This document shows positions 44,965 through 53,453 of a stretch of DNA of 64,000 nt, piece by piece. The notes under the pieces were generated by a model, which saw only the letters and a program-made list of their open reading frames with translations, searched no databases and had not been told where the DNA came from. Both the position numbers and the translations under genes were made by a program. This DNA comes from a virus. Taxonomy: Duplodnaviria; Heunggongvirae; Uroviricota; Caudoviricetes. Numbering within the stretch: the stretch's first letter is position 1; the number at the start of each line of letters is the position of its first letter. The stretch lies in IMG/VR virus record IMGVR_UViG_2832576359_000003, positions 26,348 through 90,347 of that record; one strand, given 5' to 3'.

Positions 44965-46363
44965 CCAACACGGCTTTACGTTGCGTTCGATCAGCGACCT
45001 GCTTCCGTACGCGCGGAACTCCCGCACGCATAGCGACGACCAGGTCGCGCAGCTCGCCGCGTCGATCGATGAGTTCGGGCTGGTCGGCGCGATCGTCGTG
45101 CGCGACGGCACGATCGCGAAGGGGCACGGCACGCTCGCCGCGGTGCGAAAGCTGATCGAGGCGGGGAAGGGCATCTATCCGCCGCCGGGCCGCTCGCAGG
45201 GCGCTGATGCCTATCCAAATGGCCTTGTGCCGGCGATCGATGCGTCGGGTTGGTCTGATGCGCAGTTCCGCGCGTACGTCATCGCGGACAACAAGCTCGC
45301 GCTGAACGCCGGGTGGGATCTGGACATGCTCCGGATCGAACTCGAGGAGTTGCAGACCGAAGGCTTCGATCTCTCGCTGACGGGCTTCGAGCTCGACGAG
45401 ATCAAAGACCTTCTCACGCCCGAGCAGCTCGACCCGAACGGCAAGGACCCCGATGCCATTCCAGATGTGCCGCCCGATCCGCATTCGGTGCTCGGGGATG
45501 TGTGGATCCTGGGCGCGCACCGGGTGATGTGCGGCGACTCCACGATGCTGGATTCGTGGGACACGCTGATGGCCGGCGAGATGGCCGATATCGTCTGGAC
45601 CGATCCGCCGTACAACGTCGCTTACGAGGGCGTGGCCGGCAAGATCAAGAACGACGATATGGGCGACGAGCAGTTCGCGCAATTCCTGCTTGACGTCCAC
45701 ATCGCGCTGTTCTCGATCATGAAGCCCGGTGCCGCCATCTATGTCGCGCACGCGGATTCCGAGGGCTACAACTTCCGCAGGGCGTTCAAACAAGCGGGGC
45801 TCAAGCTGGCCGGCTGCCTGATCTGGCGCAAAGACCAGTTCGTCCTTGGCCGCTCGGACTATCAGTGGATGCACGAGCCAATCCTTTACGGCTGGAAGCA
45901 GGGCGCTGGGCACCGCTGGTTTGGCGGACGCAAGCAAACCACTGTGCTCGAGTATGGCGAGGGCTCTCCGTTCGAACAGCAGGCCGACGGTCGCTGGGTC
46001 GTGCGCGTGGGGAATCAGACGTTCGTCGTCGACGGCGCCGCGAAGGTTGAGCGCATGGAGTCGTCGCTCGTGTTCCACGAAAAGCCCGCGCGCTCGGCGC
46101 TGCATCCAACCACCAAGCCAGTCGGCCTGGTCGCGAAGTTCCTGCGCAACAGCGCGCGCCACAACGACATCGTCGTCGACGCGTTCGGCGGCTCCGGATC
46201 GACGCTGATCGCGTCTGAAGAAATGGGCATGTGCGCACGCCTGATGGAGCTTGACCCCAAGTTCGTCGACGTGATCTGCCAGCGCTACTACGCATTCACC
46301 GGCCGCGTGCCGGTCAACGCTCGCACAGGCGAGGAATTCCCCGTGAAGGAGAAGCAGCAGTGA
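44954..46363 (+). CDS. ParB-like nuclease domain fused to N6/N4 DNA methyltransferase
   Basis: N-terminal ParB/Srx-like block (LLPYARNSRTHSDDQVAQLAASIDEFGLVGAIVV). MTase motifs DPPY (VWTDPPYNV), HPTTKP and GGSGST. Confidence 0.75.
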   Translation: MVADQHGFTLRSISDLLPYARNSRTHSDDQVAQLAASIDEFGLVGAIVVRDGTIAKGHGTLAAVRKLIEAGKGIYPPPGRSQGADAYPNGLVPAIDASGWSDAQFRAYVIADNKLALNAGWDLDMLRIELEELQTEGFDLSLTGFELDEIKDLLTPEQLDPNGKDPDAIPDVPPDPHSVLGDVWILGAHRVMCGDSTMLDSWDTLMAGEMADIVWTDPPYNVAYEGVAGKIKNDDMGDEQFAQFLLDVHIALFSIMKPGAAIYVAHADSEGYNFRRAFKQAGLKLAGCLIWRKDQFVLGRSDYQWMHEPILYGWKQGAGHRWFGGRKQTTVLEYGEGSPFEQQADGRWVVRVGNQTFVVDGAAKVERMESSLVFHEKPARSALHPTTKPVGLVAKFLRNSARHNDIVVDAFGGSGSTLIASEEMGMCARLMELDPKFVDVICQRYYAFTGRVPVNARTGEEFPVKEKQQ

Positions 46364-46743
46364 TCGAAACCGATCCGAAAGGACTCGACTCGCGCGTGAT
46401 GGGCGCGAAGACCGACGCGCAAAAGGTGCGCCCGTCGTTGATCTTGAACGACATGCCGCGCGCGATTCTAGCTATCGCTCAGCTCGGCACGATCGCCGTT
46501 CGGCTGAAGTACTCACCCGGCTCGTGGCTGCAAGTTGAGCGGGGCATCGAGCGCTTCACCGATGCGATGGACCGCCATCGTTTGGCCGAAGGCCTTGAAG
46601 TGTTCGACGAGAACACGCCCGGCTTCGAAGAAGTTCGCCACGCGACGTCGGTCGCCTGGAATGCGCTTGCGCGTCTCGAACTGATCCTGCGCGAGGCGCA
46701 TGCGCGGCGCCCCGTGTCGATCGAATTTGTCGCGGTGGCCTGA
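46360..46743 (+). CDS. Hypothetical protein (127 aa)
   Basis: ATGA-coupled to the upstream MTase gene. Confidence 0.4.
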   Translation: MIETDPKGLDSRVMGAKTDAQKVRPSLILNDMPRAILAIAQLGTIAVRLKYSPGSWLQVERGIERFTDAMDRHRLAEGLEVFDENTPGFEEVRHATSVAWNALARLELILREAHARRPVSIEFVAVA

Positions 46744-46931
46744 TGCTCGATACCGGTCCGCTTCAATCCGGCATGACGGCAGACGACGCCTTGCACAAGG
46801 CGTTCCCTGCCTCTCAATCGCACGGCCACGTGCAACCCCATCCGTTGGGTCACAAAGCCCGCTGCGGTGGCCCGGCGTTGTGCTCGCAGTGTCAGCGCGA
46901 GCGCGACTTCCTCGCGGGGCTCGGTCAATGA
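46743..46931 (+). CDS. Small hypothetical protein
   Basis: 62-aa ORF. Confidence 0.25.
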   Translation: MLDTGPLQSGMTADDALHKAFPASQSHGHVQPHPLGHKARCGGPALCSQCQRERDFLAGLGQ

Positions 46932-47116
46932 ATGCTCGTCAGCGCCGCATCGGCCGCCGGTCCCGGTGCCGGGACTACCTGCGTTGGCACGCGGAGTTGC
47001 CGGCCCATATGCGAGCTGTGTTCTCGGCCGCCGAGACTCACATGTTCGCGGGCGACGCGCTCGCTCTCCCTACCCATTTCGATGGCTTCTCATTCAAGGA
47101 CAAAAAACCATGTTGA
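46928..47116 (+). CDS. Small basic protein, MNARQRR family copy 1
   Basis: MNARQRRIGRRSRC... ATGA overlap with the upstream gene. A paralogous N-terminus starts at 47600. Confidence 0.3.
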   Translation: MNARQRRIGRRSRCRDYLRWHAELPAHMRAVFSAAETHMFAGDALALPTHFDGFSFKDKKPC

Positions 47117-47445
47117 AACTGATCCTCGCGGCGCTCGTCGCGGCCATCTCGCTTTCTGGCTGTAACGACAACTACCCTCCGGACACGCCGCTCGCCACGC
47201 AGTCGCCAGGCGCGCAGGCGGCCCCCGTACCGGCGTCGTCGCCTCTGCATCCCGTAGTCGCGCCGCGCTTCTCGGTCGCGCGCGTGGGCGTCTTCGCCGA
47301 TGGCTTGGCGTACGGGGAGCGCCGGGGCATCTATGTGCTCGAGGATTCGCAGACGGGTAAGGAATACGTCGGGATCAGTGGCGTCGGAATCGCCGAACTC
47401 GGCAGCCATCAGGTGGGCAAGACGCAAACCGAGGACGAGCGGTGA
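47110..47445 (+). CDS. Lipoprotein
   Basis: MLKLILAALVAAISLSGC signal peptide with lipobox. Confidence 0.5.
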   Translation: MLKLILAALVAAISLSGCNDNYPPDTPLATQSPGAQAAPVPASSPLHPVVAPRFSVARVGVFADGLAYGERRGIYVLEDSQTGKEYVGISGVGIAELGSHQVGKTQTEDER

Positions 47446-47599
47446 GATTCGATCTGATTAGCGGCATCGTCACGCTGGCCGTCTCCGTCTTCATGGCATG
47501 CCTATTCATGCACGAGAAAGGAATGTGCGTGGAGCGCGGGCGCGCATATGTCTGGTACAGCGAGATCGGTTTCGAGTGCGTCGTGCCGAAAGCATCGCA

Positions 47600-47833
47600 A
47601 TGAACGCTCGTCAGCGTCGGACGGCGCGTCGCTCGATATTCGGTCTTTTGTTCCGGCTCGGCGGCCGCACGATGCAAGTAGTGGTCACGGGCGATCTTCC
47701 CGCGGCACGGCCTGTGCCGCCTCCACCTGTGCCTCCCTCGACGACTCTGCACATCGATGGCCAGACGTATCGACTGGACGGGTTTCGTTGCGGTCGGTAC
47801 GAGGTAGGCGAATGGGCGCGCTTATTTCGATGA
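47600..47833 (+). CDS. Small basic protein, MNARQRR family copy 2
   Basis: MNARQRRTARRSIFG... The first 22 nt are nearly identical to the start of the 46928 gene. Confidence 0.3.
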   Translation: MNARQRRTARRSIFGLLFRLGGRTMQVVVTGDLPAARPVPPPPVPPSTTLHIDGQTYRLDGFRCGRYEVGEWARLFR

Positions 47834-47960
47834 AAGCGAGGGTTTCCTCGCACAAACCCCATCCGAAAACGAGCGTTTTCGGGTGGCCCTAAAGGGTGAG
47901 TCCGAAATCTAACCCATCACATTTCGGACTGCCCATTCCGTACTGACCACGTTTTCGGAC

Positions 47961-48671
47961 ATGTTCAAGAGCTTTCCAAAGAACGCTACAGGCCGCGATT
48001 TCGTCGTCGGTGATATCCACGGTGCCTACAGCCGTCTCGAAGCCGCCATGGCCCGCATATCGTTCGACGCGTCGAACGATCGCCTGTTTTCTGTGGGTGA
48101 TTTGATCGATCGCGGGCCGGAGTCGGAGCGCGTGCTTGAGTTCCTCGCGCAGCCGTGGTTCCACGCGGTTCGCGGCAATCACGAAGCCGTCGCCATCGAC
48201 TACGCCCGCGGCGAGGTTTCGGATGAGGATCAGACGCAGCACGGCGGATCGTGGTTCGTCGGAATGCCGCAGCTCGCGCGCACGGCCTACGTCGACGCCT
48301 TCGATGTGCTGCCCAATGGCATCGAGATCGACATCGGCGACGAACTCCGTGTCGGCATCGTGCACGCCGACTGTCCGCTGGCGCACTGGGACGACTTCAA
48401 AGCCCGGGCAGGGGAAGGCTTCGATTCGCGTGATCGCGAGGCGCTTCTCAGCGCTTCGATGTGGTCACGCGCGCGCGTCAAACATGGGGATACCACATGG
48501 GTTGACGGTGTCGCCGCGGTGTTTGTTGGGCACACGCCGGTAAAGAGCGTGCTCGAGCTGGGCAACGTCGTGCATATCGACACGGGTGCCTTTCTCGAAG
48601 GCCGACCCCTGACGGTTATTCAACTGCGGCCGGCCGACGGCCTCGTCTACCAGGTGGCGGCGCAGGTATGA
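47961..48671 (+). CDS. Ser/Thr protein phosphatase (lambda PPase-like metallophosphoesterase)
   Basis: GDIHG, GDLIDRG and GNHE metal-binding motifs. Confidence 0.8.
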   Translation: MFKSFPKNATGRDFVVGDIHGAYSRLEAAMARISFDASNDRLFSVGDLIDRGPESERVLEFLAQPWFHAVRGNHEAVAIDYARGEVSDEDQTQHGGSWFVGMPQLARTAYVDAFDVLPNGIEIDIGDELRVGIVHADCPLAHWDDFKARAGEGFDSRDREALLSASMWSRARVKHGDTTWVDGVAAVFVGHTPVKSVLELGNVVHIDTGAFLEGRPLTVIQLRPADGLVYQVAAQV

Positions 48672-48925
48672 ACGTTCAATTTGAGCTGCCTGTCGGCGCT
48701 CTCGTGAACGGGTGGCGCCATCTCGGGGACGGTCGTTTCGCGGCCGATACCTCTCTGCCTGTCGGGCTCGGCTATCCGCCCCACTGGATCGAATGCGTCG
48801 TCGCCGATCCGCAAGCACCCCCCGCGCCGGTACCGGCCGCGCCTTTCTCCGACCCGATGCCCGATGTTGCCTATCGCGTGCTGGTCGACGTTTCCCACCC
48901 GCCGGCGAGCGCCGGCAAACCCTAA
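48668..48925 (+). CDS. Hypothetical protein
   Basis: 85-aa ORF. Confidence 0.3.
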   Translation: MNVQFELPVGALVNGWRHLGDGRFAADTSLPVGLGYPPHWIECVVADPQAPPAPVPAAPFSDPMPDVAYRVLVDVSHPPASAGKP

Positions 48926-48935
48926 CAGGTCATCC

Positions 48936-49526
48936 ATGATCGTGTTTCTTCTCGCTTTGAACTTCGGTATCAGCTGGCTTAACTGCTGGGTGGTCGGCGG
49001 CATCTGGGCCGAGTCCCGCGCGCTCGGCGGTTTCTCGCGCGTGCTCGCGTGGTGCGGCGCCACGCAGGCCGCGATCGGCTTCAGCAGCGTGATCGGGTTC
49101 GTGCTCGGCTATGTGCTGTTCGCGAGCGGACATATGCCGCCCAAGGTCGCGCACGGCGCCGCGGCGCTTTGGTATTTGCTGGTGATCATTCCCGCGCTCG
49201 GTACCGGCCTGATCATCACCATCGAGTCATGGATCATCGCGTTCCGCACGCGCAGCATCCTCGACATGGGGTCCGCGACCTACAACACGTTTTCCATGGC
49301 CTACAACGTCTACCAGGCCGCAGATGGCGGGATTTTCGACGCGCTTGGCGACGTGGGCGATCTCTTCGACGACAACGATGCGTGGCCGATCATGCTCGCG
49401 GTCGTGCTCGTCGCGGTGGCGCTCGCCGGCGGCATATGGCTCACGTACGTGCTGATCGGCAAGTACGCGGGACGGCTTCCTCTCCCGGCGCGCGGCGCGT
49501 CGGCGCCCATCGTCGCGGGGCACTGA
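48936..49526 (+). CDS. Polytopic membrane protein
   Basis: 4-5 predicted TM helices. Start placed at MIVFLLALNF. Confidence 0.45.
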   Translation: MIVFLLALNFGISWLNCWVVGGIWAESRALGGFSRVLAWCGATQAAIGFSSVIGFVLGYVLFASGHMPPKVAHGAAALWYLLVIIPALGTGLIITIESWIIAFRTRSILDMGSATYNTFSMAYNVYQAADGGIFDALGDVGDLFDDNDAWPIMLAVVLVAVALAGGIWLTYVLIGKYAGRLPLPARGASAPIVAGH

Positions 49527-50413
49527 TGGGCTGGAAGCACGACGCTCTCGCGCGGGACCTCGCGGACCATCTCTCGGCAGCGACAGATCGGATGGTCTGG
49601 ACCGACATGCAGCTCGGGCCCGCGGGCTCGCCGCGCCCGGACGTGTACGCCGTGCCCAAGTCATACGCGAAGTTCACGCCGATCGCCTACGAATGCAAGA
49701 TCAGCGTCGCCGACTTCCGGCGCGACGTGACGGCGGGGAAGTGGACGAAATATCTGTCGTACGCGGCCGGCGTCGTCTTCTGCGTGCCCCAAGGGCTCAT
49801 AGGGAAGGCGGATATCCCCCACGGGTGCGGGCTCATGGTGCGCGGCGCCGAGGGCTGGCACACGGTCAAGGGTCCCACGCTGCGCGCCGTAGACAACCTC
49901 CCGCTTGCGGCGTGGCAGAAGCTGCTGATCGACGGGGTGGGGCGTCAGCGCGCGGAGATCCGCGACCGGGCGTCATCCGTGTGGGGGATGTCGGAGCAGG
50001 CCCGGACCCGGCTCGGCGACACGGTCATGCGCGCCGTGCAGGACCACGCGCGCGCGACGACGCGCCTTCGGCAGGCTACGGAGCAGCTCGAGGCGGCGGC
50101 CAAGGACGCGCAGCGCGAGCGCGACCGGGTCGTGAAGGATGCGGTCGATGCCGCGAATCGGGAAGCCGCGCGTATCGATGAGGGACGTCGCGCGCTCTGC
50201 GATGTGCTCGGCCTCGAGCCTACGTCCAGCGCGTACGCGATTGCGCGCGCAGCGACCGACGTCGCGCACCGGCTCAATCGTGACGATGAAATCGTGAGAC
50301 TGCGACGCGAACTCGACCGGGTGCGCGCTGCGGTAACCGCCGGCCTTGAGCCGCTGCCCGACGTGAAAGTGATTGAGGAGCCAGATGACCACGTATCAGA
50401 AATTTCTGCATAG
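49526..50413 (+). CDS. MmcB-like PD-(D/E)xK nuclease domain protein with coiled-coil tail
   Basis: MQLGPAGSPRPDVYAVPKSYAKFTPIAYECKISVADF fits the MmcB-family D...E.K core. Confidence 0.45.
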   Translation: MGWKHDALARDLADHLSAATDRMVWTDMQLGPAGSPRPDVYAVPKSYAKFTPIAYECKISVADFRRDVTAGKWTKYLSYAAGVVFCVPQGLIGKADIPHGCGLMVRGAEGWHTVKGPTLRAVDNLPLAAWQKLLIDGVGRQRAEIRDRASSVWGMSEQARTRLGDTVMRAVQDHARATTRLRQATEQLEAAAKDAQRERDRVVKDAVDAANREAARIDEGRRALCDVLGLEPTSSAYAIARAATDVAHRLNRDDEIVRLRRELDRVRAAVTAGLEPLPDVKVIEEPDDHVSEISA

Positions 50414-50621
50414 GACCGTTCTCGCGGTCGCCGCGCTCGGTTCAATGACCGTGCTCGCTGTGACTGGCCACCAGATCTTCGCGCTGTGCGCGCTCTGCGT
50501 GTTCTTCTCGGCGGCCGACATCTGATGAATCCGCTGTTTCTCTGCCTCTGGTGGCTCTGCTGGGTGTACGGGCCGAGCGCGCCGGAGCTTCCCGAAATTC
50601 CCCCGTCTGCGAAGGTGAAGG

Positions 50622-51752
50622 TTGATGAGTGAAAAGAAAGTGATTGCGCCGTCGATCGGCCGCAAGGTCTGGTACGTGCCGCTCGCACGCGATGGCGAGA
50701 TCAAAACGAACGACGAGGTTCAGCCGCTCGACGCCACGGTCATCTACGTGTGGTCCGACAGCATGGTCAACCTCGACGTGACGGACCATGTCGGGGCGCG
50801 CCACGTTCGCACGAGCGTCACGCTGATCCACCCCGGGGACGCCGAATTGCAATGGGGCGGCTTCGCGAAATGGATGCCCTACCAGGTCGGCCAAGCGAAC
50901 AAGGAAGATGGCCGTCGAGTCGTGGGAATCGACCCCGTCGGAAAGCTCGAGACGACGGAATCGGCGCCGCGCGGCGGCGACGCGCAGACGCGCATCGGCC
51001 CGAGCGTTGCTCGCGAGGCCATCGAGGCGCTGTTCGAGCGCGTCGACTGGAAATTTGAACAGCCGTCCGGGAGCACGTCGACGTTCGCGCATGCGTTCCT
51101 CGACGGCTTCTATCTCGCGTCCGGTCATTCGGCGTGCGTGTCGCCGGAAAATTTCAACGCTTTCATGGGGCGCAATATCGCGCTGGAACAGGCGCGCCAG
51201 AAGGTCTATGACAAGCTGTGGGAACTGGAGGACTACCTGCTGCGCGCGCGCATCAACGGGCGCTTGGGCGACATCACGTACGCGCTTGGCGAGGTGACCG
51301 TCAGAATCGACCAAGATATGCGGTGCCACATCTGGACCCCGGGCGAAGTGACGATCGATGGCAATGTGAACTGCACCGGCTCTGTGGTCGCCGCGGCCGG
51401 TACGTTGGCGCCCGAAAAGCATTCGACTGGCGTCGCGGCGCGCCCGCAAGCGCATTCCGACATGGATATCGGCGGCGCGATCGCGGCGCTGAAGGATGGC
51501 GAGCGCGTCGCGCGGCGCGGCTGGAACGGAAAGGACATGTGGCTCGCGCTGTCGCCGGGCGTGAGTGCGGTCCCTGCCGACAAGTTCTGGGCTCGGCCGA
51601 ACCGAGCCTACGCGGCGTCGACCGAATCGGGAGCGGCCGACGTGCTGCCCTCTGTGACGATGAAGACCGCGACGGGTGAGATCCTGATGGGCTGGCTCGC
51701 CTCGCAGACGGACTTGCTCGCGAACGACTGGTTCGTGCTGGAAGGGCAGTGA
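50622..51752 (+). CDS. Gp49-like domain + C-terminal DUF2829 (Tad2-like) domain protein
   Basis: Middle block FAHAFLDGFYLASGHSACVSPENFNAFMGRNIALEQARQKVYDKLWELEDYL is Gp49/66-like. C-terminal GGAIAALKDGERVARRGWNGKDMWLAL...DLLANDWFVL is the Trp-rich DUF2829 pattern. Confidence 0.45.
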   Translation: MMSEKKVIAPSIGRKVWYVPLARDGEIKTNDEVQPLDATVIYVWSDSMVNLDVTDHVGARHVRTSVTLIHPGDAELQWGGFAKWMPYQVGQANKEDGRRVVGIDPVGKLETTESAPRGGDAQTRIGPSVAREAIEALFERVDWKFEQPSGSTSTFAHAFLDGFYLASGHSACVSPENFNAFMGRNIALEQARQKVYDKLWELEDYLLRARINGRLGDITYALGEVTVRIDQDMRCHIWTPGEVTIDGNVNCTGSVVAAAGTLAPEKHSTGVAARPQAHSDMDIGGAIAALKDGERVARRGWNGKDMWLALSPGVSAVPADKFWARPNRAYAASTESGAADVLPSVTMKTATGEILMGWLASQTDLLANDWFVLEGQ

Positions 51753-51875
51753 TGTATCTGAGCCTCCACGAGCTGTTCGACGTCGTCCTGGGTTGCGTCG
51801 GGGTCGGCTTTGTCGCCGGCGCGGCCGCCGCCATCGCCTTCTTGGTGCGACGCGCCCGCCGCGTCCGCTGATCCT

Positions 51876-52136
51876 CTATGCGACGGCGCGCACCGCCCAC
51901 GTGCCGTCGCCTCTCAGCCGGGCATGCCATTCCTCACCGTGGCAGCGCACCGTGAGTGACATCCCACCCGTGTACTCGTTTCGCACGACGTATCCGCCAC
52001 TTGGATGCCACACGGGGCGTGTCTCGTATTCGATGTCAACCAAATCGACCGGGCCGTCGCACACCGCGCAGTGCGGCCACGCGTCGCGACCCGGGTGCCG
52101 GGGTATCGTGAGGTCGGTCGATCCGTTGCTCGTCAT
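51876..52136 (-). CDS. Hypothetical protein
   Basis: 86 aa with a CAVCDG...C...H cluster. Confidence 0.3.
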   Translation of the reverse strand: MTSNGSTDLTIPRHPGRDAWPHCAVCDGPVDLVDIEYETRPVWHPSGGYVVRNEYTGGMSLTVRCHGEEWHARLRGDGTWAVRAVA

Positions 52137-52154
52137 GGTTCCCTCTGTGGTGGG

Positions 52155-52562
52155 TTAGCGCTCTGGGCGCGAAACGCCGAGCATCGCTCCATACCCGAGT
52201 GCCGCGGCGCGCGCGTACGCCTCCTGGATGGCGGGATGCTGTTCCTTCAGATCGGCGTCGTGCCGCAGAGTCGGGTTGAAGCTCGTATATGCGCCGTCGG
52301 CACCGTGGCGGGCGACCAACGTCGGCGGCAACGCCGCCTGCTCGCACAGATACAGGTCGAATTCTTTGAACACGCCGAGCACAACGCTTCCCTTCATCGG
52401 GTGCGGATATCGCGGCGCACCGGGCCATGCCGTTCCGTAGCGCGATTGCTCGTTGGGGATCTCGCCGACACCCTTAGCCCCCGTGAGCACGATTCCCCAT
52501 TCCGGCAGCATCTCGATGACGTGCTTGATCCACTCGTAGTGGGTGGCTTCGCTCGGGGTCAT
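52155..52562 (-). CDS. Hypothetical protein
   Basis: 135-aa ORF. Confidence 0.35.
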   Translation of the reverse strand: MTPSEATHYEWIKHVIEMLPEWGIVLTGAKGVGEIPNEQSRYGTAWPGAPRYPHPMKGSVVLGVFKEFDLYLCEQAALPPTLVARHGADGAYTSFNPTLRHDADLKEQHPAIQEAYARAAALGYGAMLGVSRPER

Positions 52563-52903
52563 TCGTCACCTTTCTTTCCGCCATCGTGGACGGTAAATCG
52601 CGGCACGCCGAGCGTCGGCAGCGTCGCAGGTATGTCGGCGTCGTCGAGCGATTCCCGGATCATGTGCTCGAGCACGTTCGTGTTGTTCAACTGCCGGGCG
52701 ACCTCGGTCGCGTCGCGCACGCGATCCTCGAGATAGCGCCACGTCGCCGGCGGCTTGCTCGGGTCGGCGGCCCATGACTCGGTGACCGCGCGCAGCGCCG
52801 TCTCGTCGACGCCGAGTGCCTGCGCCATCACCGCATATCCGGTGCGTTGATTGTCCATGTTTCGCTCGTGTTTATCGGTGGTTTGGACATCATAAACCGA
52901 CAC
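52559..52903 (-). CDS. Hypothetical protein, possible HTH
   Basis: YAVMAQALGVDETALRAVTE is HTH-like. Confidence 0.3.
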   Translation of the reverse strand: MSVYDVQTTDKHERNMDNQRTGYAVMAQALGVDETALRAVTESWAADPSKPPATWRYLEDRVRDATEVARQLNNTNVLEHMIRESLDDADIPATLPTLGVPRFTVHDGGKKGDE

Positions 52904-52918
52904 GAGCGCGTGCCCGTT

Positions 52919-53135
52919 TTATTCCTCGGCCGGTCGAATTGCGGTCGCGGCGCGGCGAATGCCGACGGATAGATCCCCATCCCCGAACGCGCGCAGGGTG
53001 GCGATCGACTGCTCGTCCAACGTGACCGACTTGCGGTGGAGCTTGCCTGCTGCGTCGATGGCTTTGCGGCCTTGCCCGCGGCCCGCGCCACCGCGCCCGG
53101 TTAGCTGGCGAGGCGCCCCCTTACTGGCGCTCACG
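52919..53135 (-). CDS. Small RHH-like protein (GTG start)
   Basis: RKSVTLDEQSIATLRAFG looks like a ribbon-helix-helix beta-strand. GTGA overlap with the upstream gene. Confidence 0.25.
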
Positions 53136-53385
53136 GCTTGAATGCCGCGCGCGCTTCCTTGCGCGACATGTAGAGCTCGTTTTGCGAGGCGAGGACGCGA
53201 ATCTTGCCGGACAAAATCACGCAATCGAATCCGTTTTCGTCGGGCTCGCGCGTTTCGATGAGTTCGACCTTGCACACGACCTGGTGGCATTGCATGTTGA
53301 GTCCGACCGTGTAGCGCGTGCTGTTTGTGCTTTCCATTTGCGTCTCCGTTGCGTTCTCGATGGTTGAATCATGCGCATCAATCAA
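53131..53385 (-). CDS. Hypothetical protein
   Basis: 84-aa ORF. Confidence 0.3.
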   Translation of the reverse strand: MIDAHDSTIENATETQMESTNSTRYTVGLNMQCHQVVCKVELIETREPDENGFDCVILSGKIRVLASQNELYMSRKEARAAFKP

Positions 53386-53453
53386 AACACAGTCAACCGC
53401 TATTCGTGGTCGTCGTGACAGTAGCCTCGAAGCGAATTCATATGAGGCTTCGC

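Noticed and set aside
44750-46162. 470-aa minus-strand ORF across the ParB-MTase gene.
   Set aside because: Antisense artefact of a high-GC coding region. The plus-strand gene has ParB and DPPY/FGGSG motifs.
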